Assembly: GCA_963702895.1 (NCBI GenBank)
Contig: OY969767.1
Span: 1,344,001 to 1,408,000 of the forward strand
Source of the DNA: an uncultured Elusimicrobia bacterium
Lineage (GTDB): Bacteria; Elusimicrobiota; Elusimicrobia; 2-01-FULL-59-12
Direction of reading: 5' to 3'
DNA length: 64,000 bases
The position numbers were made by a program, and so were the translations under genes. This document shows positions 10,722 to 21,480 of this stretch, piece by piece. The notes beneath the pieces were generated by a model. The model had not been told where the DNA came from. It ran no database searches and worked only from the letters and a program-made list of their open reading frames with translations. Every line of letters starts with the position of its first letter. Positions within the stretch are counted from its first letter, which is position 1.

Positions 10722-11546
10722 CTAATATTTCAGGAAAACCCAAAAATAATAATAGAAGGGCGAAGCCAGCAGGAAGGAGTCGAAGCGGTCCAGCATCCCG
10801 CCGTGTCCCGGCAGAAGCTGTGAGGAGTCTTTGAGGCCAGCGCCGCGCTTCAAAACAGATTCGCCTAAATCCGAGGCAAAAGCAAGGAGGCCGACCAAGA
10901 TCGCAAGACCGACCGCTTCCAGCAAGCCCAACTCTTTGCGCAGGAAAGTGAAATGAAAGAAAACAGCCACTCCCACGCAACCGATGAGACCCGCAATCGT
11001 CCCTTCCCATGATTTCTTTGGACTGATCGACTGCGCGATTTTGTGCCTTCCCCAGCGCGCACCGACAAAATACGCGAGGGTATCTTCCACCCAGATCATG
11101 GCAAAGAGGAGGAACGTCACCACACGGCCGCCGGGACGAAGGTCGCGGATTAAGACCAGGTGAGACAGAGACCAGGCAACATAGAAAATCCCCAGGAAGG
11201 TAATACTCCACTCGGAAAGGGACGTCTCCGCGGGCCCTCGGGCGAGACTTCGCCCAACAATGACGATGAGAAAAAGCGCGATCAGGGACGCGGTGAACGG
11301 GTTCTCCGCCACCTGCCCCATGGAGAGGCCATTCAGGTAGACGGACAGCACCAGAAGGGCACTCGCCACCAGACCCATCCAGGGGTAACAAGGGTACCCT
11401 GTTTCTTCGGCCAGCGAATAGAATTCACGGACACCGATGAGGACGATGGCCAGAACCACGAAAAGAAAGGGCAGACCACCCATGAAGATAGACCCCAAAA
11501 GAATGACGGAGCCAATCAGGCTGGTCAGAAAACGGGGCAGGAGCAT
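10722..11546 (-). CDS. cdsA: Phosphatidate cytidylyltransferase
   Basis: SPKKSWEG, ESVLKR..KDS..LPGHGGMLDRFDS. Confidence 0.97.
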   Translation of the reverse strand: MLLPRFLTSLIGSVILLGSIFMGGLPFLFVVLAIVLIGVREFYSLAEETGYPCYPWMGLVASALLVLSVYLNGLSMGQVAENPFTASLIALFLIVIVGRSLARGPAETSLSEWSITFLGIFYVAWSLSHLVLIRDLRPGGRVVTFLLFAMIWVEDTLAYFVGARWGRHKIAQSISPKKSWEGTIAGLIGCVGVAVFFHFTFLRKELGLLEAVGLAILVGLLAFASDLGESVLKRGAGLKDSSQLLPGHGGMLDRFDSFLLASPFYYYFWVFLKY

Positions 11547-11549
11547 GGT

Positions 11550-12287
11550 TTAAAGCCCTCCAAAGCGACGTTGGCGGCGCTGAAAATCGGCGATCGCCTC
11601 ATAGAGATGGGCCTTCCGAAAGTCTGGCCACAAAGTTTTGGTGACGTAGAGTTCCGCGTAGGCTGATTCCCAGAGCAGAAAGTTTGAAAGGCGCATCTCT
11701 CCGGAAGTGCGGATTAAGAGGTCCGGTTCAGGACAGTCTGGCGCATCCAAATAGCGCGCCAAAACTTTCTCATCCACGCGCTTCTGTCCATCGGCCATCG
11801 CGCGGTTGCAGGCATCGACGATTTCTTGCCTCCCTCCATAATTGAGGGCCAGAACAAGCGTCAGGCCTTTGTTTTGGGCGGTCGCCTTGATGGCGCCCAA
11901 GAGCTTGGCGCGGGGCCCTTCAGGTAGTCCCTCCAGGCGCCCAATGGCACGCACGCGTACGTGACTCTTCTGCAACGCGGCGAGCTCACGACCAATATAT
12001 TCCTGGAGGAGCCGCATGAGCGCCTTCACCTCCATCGTGGGACGCGCCCAGTTTTCGGAGGAAAAAGCATAGAGGGTGAGGTACTCAATCCCAAGCTCAC
12101 CGCAGACCCTCACCATTTCACGGACCGAATTCATGCCGGCGCGGTGACCCAACAAGCGCGGTAAATGGCGTTGCTTGGCCCAGCGACCGTTTCCATCCAT
12201 GATGATCGCGATGTGACGCGGTATTCGGGTCGGATCGATCGGAGTGAGACCTGACATGACGGAAGGAGCATCCAGAAGCGCGGGCAT
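11550..12287 (-). CDS. uppS: Undecaprenyl diphosphate synthase
   Basis: HIAIIMDGNGRWA, YAFSSENW, IRTSGEMRLSNFLLW. Confidence 0.97.
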   Translation of the reverse strand: MPALLDAPSVMSGLTPIDPTRIPRHIAIIMDGNGRWAKQRHLPRLLGHRAGMNSVREMVRVCGELGIEYLTLYAFSSENWARPTMEVKALMRLLQEYIGRELAALQKSHVRVRAIGRLEGLPEGPRAKLLGAIKATAQNKGLTLVLALNYGGRQEIVDACNRAMADGQKRVDEKVLARYLDAPDCPEPDLLIRTSGEMRLSNFLLWESAYAELYVTKTLWPDFRKAHLYEAIADFQRRQRRFGGL

Positions 12288-12301
12288 GAGGGAAGCTTCC
12301 G

Positions 12302-12862
12302 CTAGACTTCCATGATCTCGCGCTCTTTGGCCGCGAGCATTTCATCCACCTTTTTAATGAACGAATCGGTCATTCTTTGGACCTCCTGCTCGGCGGATTT
12401 GAGGTCATCTTCGGAGATTTCCTTCGCCTTTTCAGACTTCTTCAGCTTTTCCACGCCGTCGCGCCGTTCGTTACGGATGGAAACGCGGTATTCTTCGGCC
12501 ATTTTCCGGACGACACGGATCAGATCTTTTCGCCGCTCTTCTGTAAGTTTTGGAATCTGCAGCCGGACCACGGTCCCGTCGTTGGAAGGATTTAAACCCA
12601 AATCCGATTTCTGGATGGCTTTCTCGATCAGGGCAATGACGGACTTGTCCCAAGCCTTGACCTCCAGGGTCCTCGGCTCGGGTGCCGCGATGTTGGCCAG
12701 CTGATGGATGGGGACGAGCGTGCCATAGTATTCGACCTTGACATTCTCAAGAAGCGTGGCGCTCGCGCGTCCGGTGCGAAGGGTGCCGAAGTCCGCCTTC
12801 ATCTTCTCCAGAGTCTTATGCATCAAACCATCAATGGTGGTGAGGACCTCTCGTACAGGCAT
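12302..12862 (-). CDS. frr: Ribosome recycling factor
   Basis: LRTGRAS, LGLNPSNDG, LTEERRKDL. Confidence 0.98.
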   Translation of the reverse strand: MPVREVLTTIDGLMHKTLEKMKADFGTLRTGRASATLLENVKVEYYGTLVPIHQLANIAAPEPRTLEVKAWDKSVIALIEKAIQKSDLGLNPSNDGTVVRLQIPKLTEERRKDLIRVVRKMAEEYRVSIRNERRDGVEKLKKSEKAKEISEDDLKSAEQEVQRMTDSFIKKVDEMLAAKEREIMEV

Positions 12863-12867
12863 AGCGT

Positions 12868-13590
12868 TCAGGTTCCTTTGATGAGCGTTCCGACGGCCTC
12901 TCCGGCGACGGCGCGTCGGATATTGCCGTTCTTATAAAGATTGAAGACCCGGATGGGCAGATGGTTCTCCATGCAAAGCGAAAAAGCGGTCGTGTCCATC
13001 ACGCGCAGGCGCTTCCGGATCGCTTCCATCGCCGTGAGCTGCGTCAGGCGCTTCGCCTTGGGGTTGGTTCGCGGATCATCGGAGTAAACACCGTCGACCT
13101 GGGTGCCTTTGAGGAGCAGATCGGCATTAATTTCAACCGCGCGCAGAGCGGCCGTGGTATCGGTCGAGAAATAAGGGTTGCCTGTACCGCCGGCAAAAAT
13201 CACCAGTCGTCCCTTTTCCAGGTGGCGAATCGCACGTCGCCGGATAAAGGCTTCCGCGAGCTTGGAAATCTCAATGGCGCTCTGGACCCGCGTGGGGACC
13301 TTCATTTTCTCAAGGGCGTCTTGAAGGGCGAGAGCATTGATGACGGTTGCGAGCATCCCCATATAGTCCGCCGTGACGCGATCAATGCCGCGCGCGCGGT
13401 CGGAGGTCCCGCGCCAGATATTTCCCCCACCGACGACAATGGCCACCTGCACGCGAGCATGGACAGCGCCTGCGATTTCCCTGGCAATGCGGTGCAAGGC
13501 GTCCACATCGATGCCATAGCGTTCTTTGCCGCGAAAAGCTTCGCCTGAGATTTTAAGGAGGACGCGTTTGGGTTTGCCGGAGGAACTCAC
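12868..13590 (-). CDS. pyrH: UMP kinase
   Basis: [39 protein letters not shown] start at 13590 with SD GAGGTG. Confidence 0.97.
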   Translation of the reverse strand: MSSSGKPKRVLLKISGEAFRGKERYGIDVDALHRIAREIAGAVHARVQVAIVVGGGNIWRGTSDRARGIDRVTADYMGMLATVINALALQDALEKMKVPTRVQSAIEISKLAEAFIRRRAIRHLEKGRLVIFAGGTGNPYFSTDTTAALRAVEINADLLLKGTQVDGVYSDDPRTNPKAKRLTQLTAMEAIRKRLRVMDTTAFSLCMENHLPIRVFNLYKNGNIRRAVAGEAVGTLIKGT

Positions 13591-13694
13591 CCCATCACCT
13601 CTTGACGCCTCTTGGCAGCGCCTCGAGCGCCGCATAGGCCAGCCTGGAGGCGGGCGTTGGCGGCAGCGAAAAGGCGATCAAGAGGTGGTGGGGT
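13589..13694 (-). promoter_or_regulatory. tsf-pyrH intergenic long hairpin covering the pyrH RBS
   Basis: mRNA arms ACCCCACCACCUCUUGA-U-CGCCUUUU and AAGAGGCG-UCAAGAGGUGAUGGGGU. Confidence 0.6.
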
Positions 13695-14314
13695 CAATCT
13701 TTCCCCACTTCGTAGCGGGCAAAGCGGCGCAGGACGATTTTTTCCCCGGTCTTCGCCGATGCCTCGGTTAAGAGATCCTTCACCTTGAGCTTGCCGGAGG
13801 GCTCACGGACATAAGGCTGCTCCAGCAGACAGAATTCAGAGAGATATTTGTCGAGCTTGCCTTCTGCGATTTTCGCGGCGACAGGCGCGGGCTTATTTTC
13901 CTTCATGGCGTCCTGCTCAAATTCTTTTCGTTTCATGTCCATCGCTTCAGCCGGGACTTGATCCCGGGCCACCCAGCGAGGGCGCATCGCGGCGATCTGC
14001 ATGCCCAATTCTTTGACCAGGCTCTGAAAGTCATCGGTTCGTGCGACAAAATCGGTTTCACAGTTGAGTTCGAGGAGCACGCCCACAGACCCACCGACAT
14101 GGATGTAGGAACCCACCAGACCCTTGGACGTCTCGCGTCCTTCCCGTTTGGCCGCCAGAGCCACACCACGGTCACGAAGCCAGGCCTTGGCTTTGTCCAA
14201 ATCGCCGCTCGACTCCTCGAGGGCCTTTTTGCATTCCATAATGCCGGCACCGGTCTGCTCGCGCAGGTCTTGGATTTGCGTCGCCGTGATGGGATTGCCG
14301 TTTGATTTTGACAT
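13694..14314 (-). CDS. tsf: Elongation factor Ts (short form)
   Basis: LREQTGAGIMECKKAL, ELNCETDFVA. Confidence 0.98.
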   Translation of the reverse strand: MSKSNGNPITATQIQDLREQTGAGIMECKKALEESSGDLDKAKAWLRDRGVALAAKREGRETSKGLVGSYIHVGGSVGVLLELNCETDFVARTDDFQSLVKELGMQIAAMRPRWVARDQVPAEAMDMKRKEFEQDAMKENKPAPVAAKIAEGKLDKYLSEFCLLEQPYVREPSGKLKVKDLLTEASAKTGEKIVLRRFARYEVGKD

Positions 14315-14317
14315 CGC

Positions 14318-15136
14318 CTAGGAGCGGCTGGGTGTTGGGACTTCGCTGGCGGACGGCGCTTGCTCGGCCGAGGACAGGTCGATCGGCTGCGTCGACGCCT
14401 CCTGCTGAGGCCCTTCAGGCTTGGACGCGACGTTGGGCGTCGCGGCCTTTTCGGCTTCCGCCCTGCCTTCGAGAATCGCGTCCGCAATCAGAGCGCAAAA
14501 AAGCTTCACGGACCGGATGGCATCATCATTGCCCGGGATGGGGTAGTCGATCATGTCCGGGTCGCAATTGGTGTCGCAAACAGCCACAACCGGAATTTCC
14601 ATGCGGCGCGCTTCAAGAATCGCCGTCGTTTCCTGGACGGGATCGATGACAAAAAGGCACCCCGGAAGGCTCTCCATGCCCTTGATGCCGGAAAGGGTCT
14701 TGGTCAAACGCAGGCGTTCCTTTTCGAGACGCGAGACCTCTTTCTTGGACATCACGCGGAACAGGCCATCGGCTTTCATCTTGTCGAGCTCATTGAGCCG
14801 CCCGATCGAGCGCTTGATCGTTTCAAAATTGGTCAGCGTCCCCCCCAGCCAGCGCTCGCTCACATAATAAGCGTTACAGCGCTGAGCTTCGGTCAGGATG
14901 GCTTCCTGGGCTTGCTTTTTCGTACCGACAAAGAGGATCGGCCTGTTTTGCGTTGCGATATCGCGAATATACTTATAGGCCTTCTTAAGCTCCTTGGCTG
15001 TCTTTTGAAGGTCAATAATATGGATATTGCTGCGGGCTCCAAAGATATACTTCGCCATCTTGGGATTCCAACGACGCGTCTGATGCCCGAAATGCACCCC
15101 AGCCTCGAGCAAGGCCTTCATCGAGATTGTTGCCAT
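14318..15136 (-). CDS. rpsB: 30S ribosomal protein S2
   Basis: [39 protein letters not shown]. Confidence 0.99.
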   Translation of the reverse strand: MATISMKALLEAGVHFGHQTRRWNPKMAKYIFGARSNIHIIDLQKTAKELKKAYKYIRDIATQNRPILFVGTKKQAQEAILTEAQRCNAYYVSERWLGGTLTNFETIKRSIGRLNELDKMKADGLFRVMSKKEVSRLEKERLRLTKTLSGIKGMESLPGCLFVIDPVQETTAILEARRMEIPVVAVCDTNCDPDMIDYPIPGNDDAIRSVKLFCALIADAILEGRAEAEKAATPNVASKPEGPQQEASTQPIDLSSAEQAPSASEVPTPSRS

Positions 15137-15159
15137 AATTCTCCTTTAAATGTCCGCGT

Positions 15160-15170
15160 ATTATATCACA
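15160..15170 (-). promoter_or_regulatory. Extended -10 promoter of rpsB
   Basis: TGTGATATAAT (TGn-TATAAT) about 24 nt upstream of the rpsB ATG; SD AAGGAG follows. Confidence 0.7.
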
Positions 15171-15279
15171 GAAAGATTCCTGGCAAACAAGGAGCCGGAA
15201 TCAGGACTTGGACACCGGAGATCGCGGAGGAGGCGAGGAAGCGGCCTCCCTGCGGACGAGGACCCCGAGCCATTCTATT

Positions 15280-16281
15280 TTATCGGGTACGGGTCACGAT
15301 GTACTGCGCGATGGCGGAAAGCGTTCTTTTTGGCGTCGAGTCGGGAAAGCTCTGTAAGGCGGCGCTCGCCTGTTGGGCAAAATTCGCGGCCTGGCGCAGA
15401 CCTTCTTGAATCGCTCCGGCATCTTTGGCCCAACGGACAATCTTCTGGGCATTTTCGCCCTGCGGATCCTTCAGACAAGCGAGAAAGGCTTCGCGCTGCG
15501 AGCCCGGGAGTTGATCGCGAAGCCAAATCAAGGGAAGCGTGAGCTTGCCGTTCACAAGGTCCGTCCGTAAGGTTTTTCCTGTGACTTCTTCTTCGCCTAT
15601 TAAATCCAGCGTGTCATCGATGATTTGGAAGGCCATCCCAAGGTTCCAACCGAAATGGGCGAGCGACGTGGCTTGATCGGAGGACAGGCGCGCCAGGCGC
15701 GCGCCGCCGCGCATGGAGGCCGCCATGAGCGTGGCGGTCTTGTTGTCGATAAAGGTGAGGTATTCGGCGACCGTGAGGTCGAGCTGGAACCTTCGCCGCA
15801 CCTGGTTGATTTCCCCCTGGCAGATCGAGCGCGTGGAGCGCGCAAAGAGTTCGACCAAGGACGGGTCCTGCAGCGAAGCCAGAAGCGTAAACGCCTCCAC
15901 ATAGAGCAGATCTCCCAAGAGGATCGCGACATCCTCACCATACTTCAGCGCAGCGGTGGGTTTCTGATGACGCAGGGCGGCGCGGTCGACAATATCGTCA
16001 TGGATCAGGGTGGCCAGGTGAATCAGCTCCGAGGCCGCTCCCACCGTGATGGGATCATCATTCTGGACGCCGCCGATCTGGGCGCTGAGCACCACGAGCG
16101 CCGGCCGCAAGCGTTTCCCGCCGGCCTGAACAATGTACTGCACGATCTCAGGAATCATCCCCTGACCGCGTGAGGCAACGTCCTGAAGGATCTTTTCGGT
16201 CTGAAGGAGATAAGGGAAGATATGCCGGTAGAGGTCCTCGAGGCGCTCTTCTTCTCGCTGGAGGGTCACACTTTTGCTCAT
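15280..16281 (-). CDS. Polyprenyl diphosphate synthase (HepT/IspB family)
   Basis: GGKRLRP, LIHDDIVD (FARM), FQIIDDTLD (SARM). Confidence 0.93.
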   Translation of the reverse strand: MSKSVTLQREEERLEDLYRHIFPYLLQTEKILQDVASRGQGMIPEIVQYIVQAGGKRLRPALVVLSAQIGGVQNDDPITVGAASELIHLATLIHDDIVDRAALRHQKPTAALKYGEDVAILLGDLLYVEAFTLLASLQDPSLVELFARSTRSICQGEINQVRRRFQLDLTVAEYLTFIDNKTATLMAASMRGGARLARLSSDQATSLAHFGWNLGMAFQIIDDTLDLIGEEEVTGKTLRTDLVNGKLTLPLIWLRDQLPGSQREAFLACLKDPQGENAQKIVRWAKDAGAIQEGLRQAANFAQQASAALQSFPDSTPKRTLSAIAQYIVTRTR

Positions 16282-17738
16282 GGCTCTAGCGTGACGGAGA
16301 CGACGGGCGGTGAGGGAAGAAACTTTTTCACATGCGCAATGCCCACCTGCGGAGCCACACCCAGAAAGAGCGTGGCAAAAGACGTGACCCCTAAAACGAG
16401 ACGCATCGAAAGCGAAAGACGGACCTCCGCCTTGGAACCGGACCCCTTAAAGTACATCGCGTGGAGAATCCTGAAGTAGTAGCCCACGGCGATGACGCTG
16501 TTAAGCAAAGCGATCACGAGAAGCGTGATCCAGCCCGCGTGGTAGGCAGCGGAAAAGACATAAAATTTCGCCACAAAGCCGGCCGTGGGAGGCAGCCCCG
16601 CGAGACTGATGAGGAAAAGGGCAAGGAGCGCGCTCAGGGTGGGCGAACGTCTGGAGAGGCCTTCGTAATCCGTCAAGTCGCTTGCATGCAGCGCTCGGGA
16701 GAGACAGATCACGATCGAGAAAGCGCCCAGGTTCATAAAAAGATAAATCCAACCGTAGAGATAAACGCTCGCCAGGCCTTCCTGCCCGCCCGCCAGGATG
16801 CCCAGAAGCACGTATCCCATATGCGCGATCGAGGAATACGCCAGGAGCCGGACCACGCTCTTCTGCTGGAGTCCAATGAGATTGGCGACGGTCATGGTGA
16901 GCGCAGCGAGCACGGCCAGAAGGTGGAAAACGCCAGGAGAACTGAGCGGCAGCGCAATGTTAAAAACGCGCACGACCAGCGCCGCTCCGACCATCTTGGG
17001 CGCCACCGAAAGATAGGCCGCGATCGGCGTCGGGGCCCCTTCGAACACATCGGGAACCCACAGATGGAAGGGGACAAGCGCCATCTTGAACCCAAAACTC
17101 ACGACGATAAAAAAGACCGCCAGTAGCGCGAGCGGCGCTTTTTCGTGAAAGACAGCGCCGCTCTGATGAAGCGCGGTGAGCGAGGTCGATCCGAGGAGTC
17201 CGTACAGAAGCGAAACACCGTAGGCCAGCATCGCGGATGAAAAAGCGCCGATGAGGAAGAATTTGATCGCGGCCTCAACTGACTTTTGCGATTTCCTGTA
17301 AAAACCCGTGAGGGTAAACGCGGGGATGCCGACCATTTCGATGGCCACGAAGATCATGAGGAAGTCCTGGGCGGCCACGGCGAGGAGCAAGCCGGTCGCC
17401 GACAGGAGCAGCATCCCATAATAGAGCGCCGAGGAAGAATCCGACCGGGCTGTTTCCTGTTCGCTGATGAGAACGACGAGCAGAGTGGACACGACGACGA
17501 TCCAGGACAGAAACATCGACAGCCCGTCCGCGACGAGCATCCCCCGGCCATAGACGACCGGAGCGCCATCCCCCGTATAGGGAAGAAAAGCCGCCGCGGC
17601 AAAAAGCCCCAGGACCGCGACCCCAAAGGCAGTCCGCGAGACTCTCGAACTCCCTTTCCTCTGGACCGCATCGATCCCAAAGAGGATGAAAGACACAGCG
17701 CTCAGGACGAGAGCCGGAGCGATGAGGACAAGTCTCAT
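16278..17738 (-). CDS. nuoN: NADH-quinone oxidoreductase subunit N
   Basis: EAAIKFF, FKMALVPFHLWVPDVFEGAP, RLLAYSSIAH; start overlaps the nuoM stop. Confidence 0.95.
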   Translation of the reverse strand: MRLVLIAPALVLSAVSFILFGIDAVQRKGSSRVSRTAFGVAVLGLFAAAAFLPYTGDGAPVVYGRGMLVADGLSMFLSWIVVVSTLLVVLISEQETARSDSSSALYYGMLLLSATGLLLAVAAQDFLMIFVAIEMVGIPAFTLTGFYRKSQKSVEAAIKFFLIGAFSSAMLAYGVSLLYGLLGSTSLTALHQSGAVFHEKAPLALLAVFFIVVSFGFKMALVPFHLWVPDVFEGAPTPIAAYLSVAPKMVGAALVVRVFNIALPLSSPGVFHLLAVLAALTMTVANLIGLQQKSVVRLLAYSSIAHMGYVLLGILAGGQEGLASVYLYGWIYLFMNLGAFSIVICLSRALHASDLTDYEGLSRRSPTLSALLALFLISLAGLPPTAGFVAKFYVFSAAYHAGWITLLVIALLNSVIAVGYYFRILHAMYFKGSGSKAEVRLSLSMRLVLGVTSFATLFLGVAPQVGIAHVKKFLPSPPVVSVTLEP

Positions 17739-19213
17739 GGCTGCGCGACCTTCACCAAATCCGCCAAATGTGCGAGCGTCGCGTTCATGGGGGAAAGCAA
17801 CAGGGACGGCAGAATCCCAAAGAGTACCATGAGCACACAAAGGGGCACGACCGCGATGAGCTCCCGGGTATTCATATCGGGGAGCTTCTCCCATTTGGAA
17901 TTGAGCGCTCCCAAAAAGACTTTCTTAATCAGGACGAGGAAGAAGGCCGCCGTAATGAGGATGCCCAAAAGTGAAATGACCGTGAGGTAGCGATATTGAA
18001 CCACCTGGAAGGCCCCCAGGAAACAGAGGAACTCGCTCACGAAACCCGACAGCAGCGGCAGACCGAGCGAGGCGAAACACGCCAGCGTCGTGATGCCCGT
18101 ATAAACAGGGAGTTTCTCACCGAGGCCCCCGAAAGCGTTGATATCGCGGGTATGGGCACGGTCATAAAGAACACCGACCAAAAGGAACAAGGCGCCCGTG
18201 ATAATGCCGTGATTGATCATCTGCATCGCGGCACCCGAGAACCCGATCACATTCAGAGACGCCATACCGAGGAGCGCATACCCCATGTGATTCACCGAGG
18301 AATAGGCAATCATGCGTTTGATATCGGTTTGGGCCAGTGAGCAAAACGCGCCGTAGACGATGTTGATGGCCGCGATGATCGCCAGGGCCATCGCCAGTTT
18401 CTGCGTGGCCAGCGGCAGGAGGGCGAAGGAAAAGCGCAGCAGGCCATACGTCCCCATTTTGAGGAGCACCCCCGCCAGAAGGACCGACACGGCTGTCGGA
18501 GCTTCTACATGCGCCAGCGGCAGCCACGTATGGAACGGGAACGCCGGCACTTTCACCGCGAAGCCAAGATAAAAGCCTAGAAAAATCCAAAGCTGGAGCC
18601 CCATCGCCAGCTTCGGGCTTTGCTGGAGAATCTCCGTGTAATCGAAGGTGTGAGGCAGCGTGTTGAAATACAAAGCAAGAATCGCAATCAGCATGAAAAC
18701 GCTGCCAAAGAGCGTAAAGAGGAAGAATTTGATGGCGGCATACTCTTTCTTCGGGCCACCCCAGATGCCGATCAGGAAGTACATGGGGACCAGGGTCAGC
18801 TCCCAAAAGACGTAGAACAGGAAGAGGTCAAGCGCGAAAAAGACCCCGACCATACCGGTCTCAAGCATCAGGAAAAAGAAGAAATACTCTTTGACCCGTT
18901 CTTCGATATGAAAGGAGGCGATGATGGACAGGAGCGTGAGGAGGGTGGTGAGCACCACCAGCGCAAGCGAGAGCCCGTCCACGCCCATCAAATACTGGAT
19001 GTTAAAAGCGGGAACCCAGGACATCCTTTCCAGAAACTTAAAGTCCGGCGTCGAGGCATCGTAATGCGCCCACAGCCATAAGGAGGCAAGAAAAGCACCC
19101 CCCGCGGAGATCGCGGCCACGACGCGCACGAGCTGCGTCTTTTCCTTTGGCAGGCAAAGCAAAGTGACAGCGCCCAACAAGGGCAGAAAGGTGATGAAGG
19201 AAAGTACGCCCAT
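17735..19213 (-). CDS. nuoM: NADH-quinone oxidoreductase subunit M
   Basis: FYVFWE, VKVPAFPFHTWLPLAHVEAPT, LLKMGTYG. Confidence 0.97.
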   Translation of the reverse strand: MGVLSFITFLPLLGAVTLLCLPKEKTQLVRVVAAISAGGAFLASLWLWAHYDASTPDFKFLERMSWVPAFNIQYLMGVDGLSLALVVLTTLLTLLSIIASFHIEERVKEYFFFFLMLETGMVGVFFALDLFLFYVFWELTLVPMYFLIGIWGGPKKEYAAIKFFLFTLFGSVFMLIAILALYFNTLPHTFDYTEILQQSPKLAMGLQLWIFLGFYLGFAVKVPAFPFHTWLPLAHVEAPTAVSVLLAGVLLKMGTYGLLRFSFALLPLATQKLAMALAIIAAINIVYGAFCSLAQTDIKRMIAYSSVNHMGYALLGMASLNVIGFSGAAMQMINHGIITGALFLLVGVLYDRAHTRDINAFGGLGEKLPVYTGITTLACFASLGLPLLSGFVSEFLCFLGAFQVVQYRYLTVISLLGILITAAFFLVLIKKVFLGALNSKWEKLPDMNTRELIAVVPLCVLMVLFGILPSLLLSPMNATLAHLADLVKVAQP

Positions 19214-19232
19214 CGAAGCCTCCTCGTGTCTG

Positions 19233-21176
19233 CTAGTGTTTCACAATAAAAGAATTGAAAGCCATCATCAAAGCGACCAGCGCCATCGTCATGATCAACA
19301 GATAGTTCTGCACCAAACCGTTCTGCACGCGCCGGGCGATCGCGCCCAGACCCATGGCGCCCGAACCCGTCCCGTCCACAGCGCCGTCCACAATGCGCTC
19401 ATCAAACCATGTCTGCATTTTGGACCAGAGCCGGGCCATCCAGCCAAAACCATCGACAAAGATCTTGTCCAGCACGTGAAAATCAAACCAAGCCAGAACC
19501 TCTGCCAGGCGCACGGTGGGACGGACCACCACCGCCCAATAGAACTCGTCCACGTAATAGTTGTGCTGCAGGAGTCTGTGCACGGGCGCAAAAACGGCGG
19601 CCAGCCGTTTCACCGTATCGAGCGATCGCAGGTACAGCGCGCCGCCCACGAGGAGTCCCGCGAGTCCGGAGCCGAGAGCGACATATCCCACCCAGCGCGG
19701 TTCGGCCATAGCATGAAGCGTGCGCATCGGGAAGAACCTCACCAAGGTCCCAGGCGCGTGCATGAAGTAGCCCAGCACGAGGGACGGGATAGCCAGGAGG
19801 ATGAGCGGCACCGTCATGGTCCAGGGCGATTCGTGCGCGTGGGCGAAGCGGTCACGCTCACGCGGCTCGCCCAGAAAGACCAATGCAAAGACGCGCGTCA
19901 TATAGAGCGAGGTCAAAAACGCCCCGGCGCACCCGATGGCATACAAGAGCAGATGGTGAGACACGAAGTCGGCGGCCAGAATCATCTCTTTCGAGAAATA
20001 GCCTGAGGTCCCGAAGAAACCGACCAGCGCCAGGGCGCCAAAGAGAAAGGTCCAGAAAGTCGTAGGCATCTGTTTGGACAGGCTTCCCATCTTCCAGATG
20101 TCGTTGGTATGAACGGAATGAATGATGGACCCCGCGGCGAGGAAGAGGAGCGCCTTAAACGCCGCATGCGTCGTCAGGTGAAAGAGTCCCGCGGAATACC
20201 CTCCCACGCCAAGACCCATGATCATGTATCCCAATTGGGAGATCGTGGAATAGGCGAGGACCTTTTTGACGTCATTGGCCGCAAGCGCGATGGTCGCGGC
20301 GAAGATGGCCGTGATGCCCCCGACCCAGGCCACGACTTCCATCGCTTGCGGCGCCAGCAGAAAGAAAGCGTAGGACCTGGCGACCAGATAAACCCCCGCG
20401 GCCACCATGGTCGCCGCGTGAATGAGAGCGGAGACCGGCGTGGGGCCCTCCATCGCGTCCGGCAGCCAGACGTGCAGCGGCAGTTGTGCCGATTTCCCGA
20501 CTGTGCCGCAGAATATGAGAAGGGAAATCAGCATCGCCATGTGTTGGGTCACATCGCCATCGTGAATATGCATCTGAATCTGGTTGAAGTTGAAGGTGCC
20601 GACAAAGAAATAGACGGTGAGAAGCCCGGCGTAGAAGCCCAGATCTCCCAGGCGCGTCGTCAAGAAAGCCTTGTTGCCGGCTTGGGCGGCGGCATCGCGT
20701 TCAAATTCAAAGGAAATGAGAAAGTAGGAACAGGCCCCCATGATTTCCCAGCCGATGAAAAACTGGATGTAATTGTTCGCCAGGACCAAAGCCAGCATCG
20801 CCGCGCTGAAGAGCGAAAGATATGAAAAGAAACGTTTAAACCGGGGCGCCTCATGCATGTAGCCTATGGAATAGATCTGGATGAGAGCGCTGATGCCGCT
20901 CACCGCCACAATCAAAACGAGGGACGGTCCATCCAACAACACGCCCCATTCAAACTGAAAGAGCCCAACCTCAAACCACGGATAAGAGATTTCCATGGGC
21001 AGTTTGAGCGATCCGTCCAAGACCTGCATCAAAAGATCAAAGGAGATTCCGAAGCTGACCAAGACGGCCAGGACCCCGAGAAGCGCGCCTTTCAGGGGCA
21101 ACCATCTACCGAAAAAGAAAATGAGCAGAGCCGCAACAAAAGGAGCCAGGGGTACCCAGTAAGCGTAATTAACCAT
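19233..21176 (-). CDS. nuoL: NADH-quinone oxidoreductase subunit L
   Basis: GKSAQLPLHVWLPDAMEGPTPVSALIHAATMV, HAAFKALLFL. Confidence 0.98.
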   Translation of the reverse strand: MVNYAYWVPLAPFVAALLIFFFGRWLPLKGALLGVLAVLVSFGISFDLLMQVLDGSLKLPMEISYPWFEVGLFQFEWGVLLDGPSLVLIVAVSGISALIQIYSIGYMHEAPRFKRFFSYLSLFSAAMLALVLANNYIQFFIGWEIMGACSYFLISFEFERDAAAQAGNKAFLTTRLGDLGFYAGLLTVYFFVGTFNFNQIQMHIHDGDVTQHMAMLISLLIFCGTVGKSAQLPLHVWLPDAMEGPTPVSALIHAATMVAAGVYLVARSYAFFLLAPQAMEVVAWVGGITAIFAATIALAANDVKKVLAYSTISQLGYMIMGLGVGGYSAGLFHLTTHAAFKALLFLAAGSIIHSVHTNDIWKMGSLSKQMPTTFWTFLFGALALVGFFGTSGYFSKEMILAADFVSHHLLLYAIGCAGAFLTSLYMTRVFALVFLGEPRERDRFAHAHESPWTMTVPLILLAIPSLVLGYFMHAPGTLVRFFPMRTLHAMAEPRWVGYVALGSGLAGLLVGGALYLRSLDTVKRLAAVFAPVHRLLQHNYYVDEFYWAVVVRPTVRLAEVLAWFDFHVLDKIFVDGFGWMARLWSKMQTWFDERIVDGAVDGTGSGAMGLGAIARRVQNGLVQNYLLIMTMALVALMMAFNSFIVKH

Positions 21177-21480
21177 GGAGAAGGCTCAACTTTTCCGCGT
21201 AAACGCTCTTGATGTTCCGATAAATGACCAAAACAAGAGACAATCCGACCACCGCTTCGGCGGCCGCGAGGGTCATGACAAAAATGACAAAACCCTGGCC
21301 CCACACCTGGCCTGGATGGAGGTACCGGTTGAAAGCGATGAGGTTGATGTTGGCCGCGTTAAACATGAGCTCAATGGACATAAGGATCCCGAGGATGTTC
21401 CGGCGGGAGAGGACCCCATAAATTCCAATGCCGAAGAGGACCGCGGAGAGCATCAAGAAGTGGTGGAGGGAGAGCATCAC
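21169..21480 (-). CDS. nuoK: NADH-quinone oxidoreductase subunit K
   Basis: RRNILGILMSIELM, LAAAEAVVGL. Confidence 0.96.
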   Translation of the reverse strand: MMLSLHHFLMLSAVLFGIGIYGVLSRRNILGILMSIELMFNAANINLIAFNRYLHPGQVWGQGFVIFVMTLAAAEAVVGLSLVLVIYRNIKSVYAEKLSLLHG

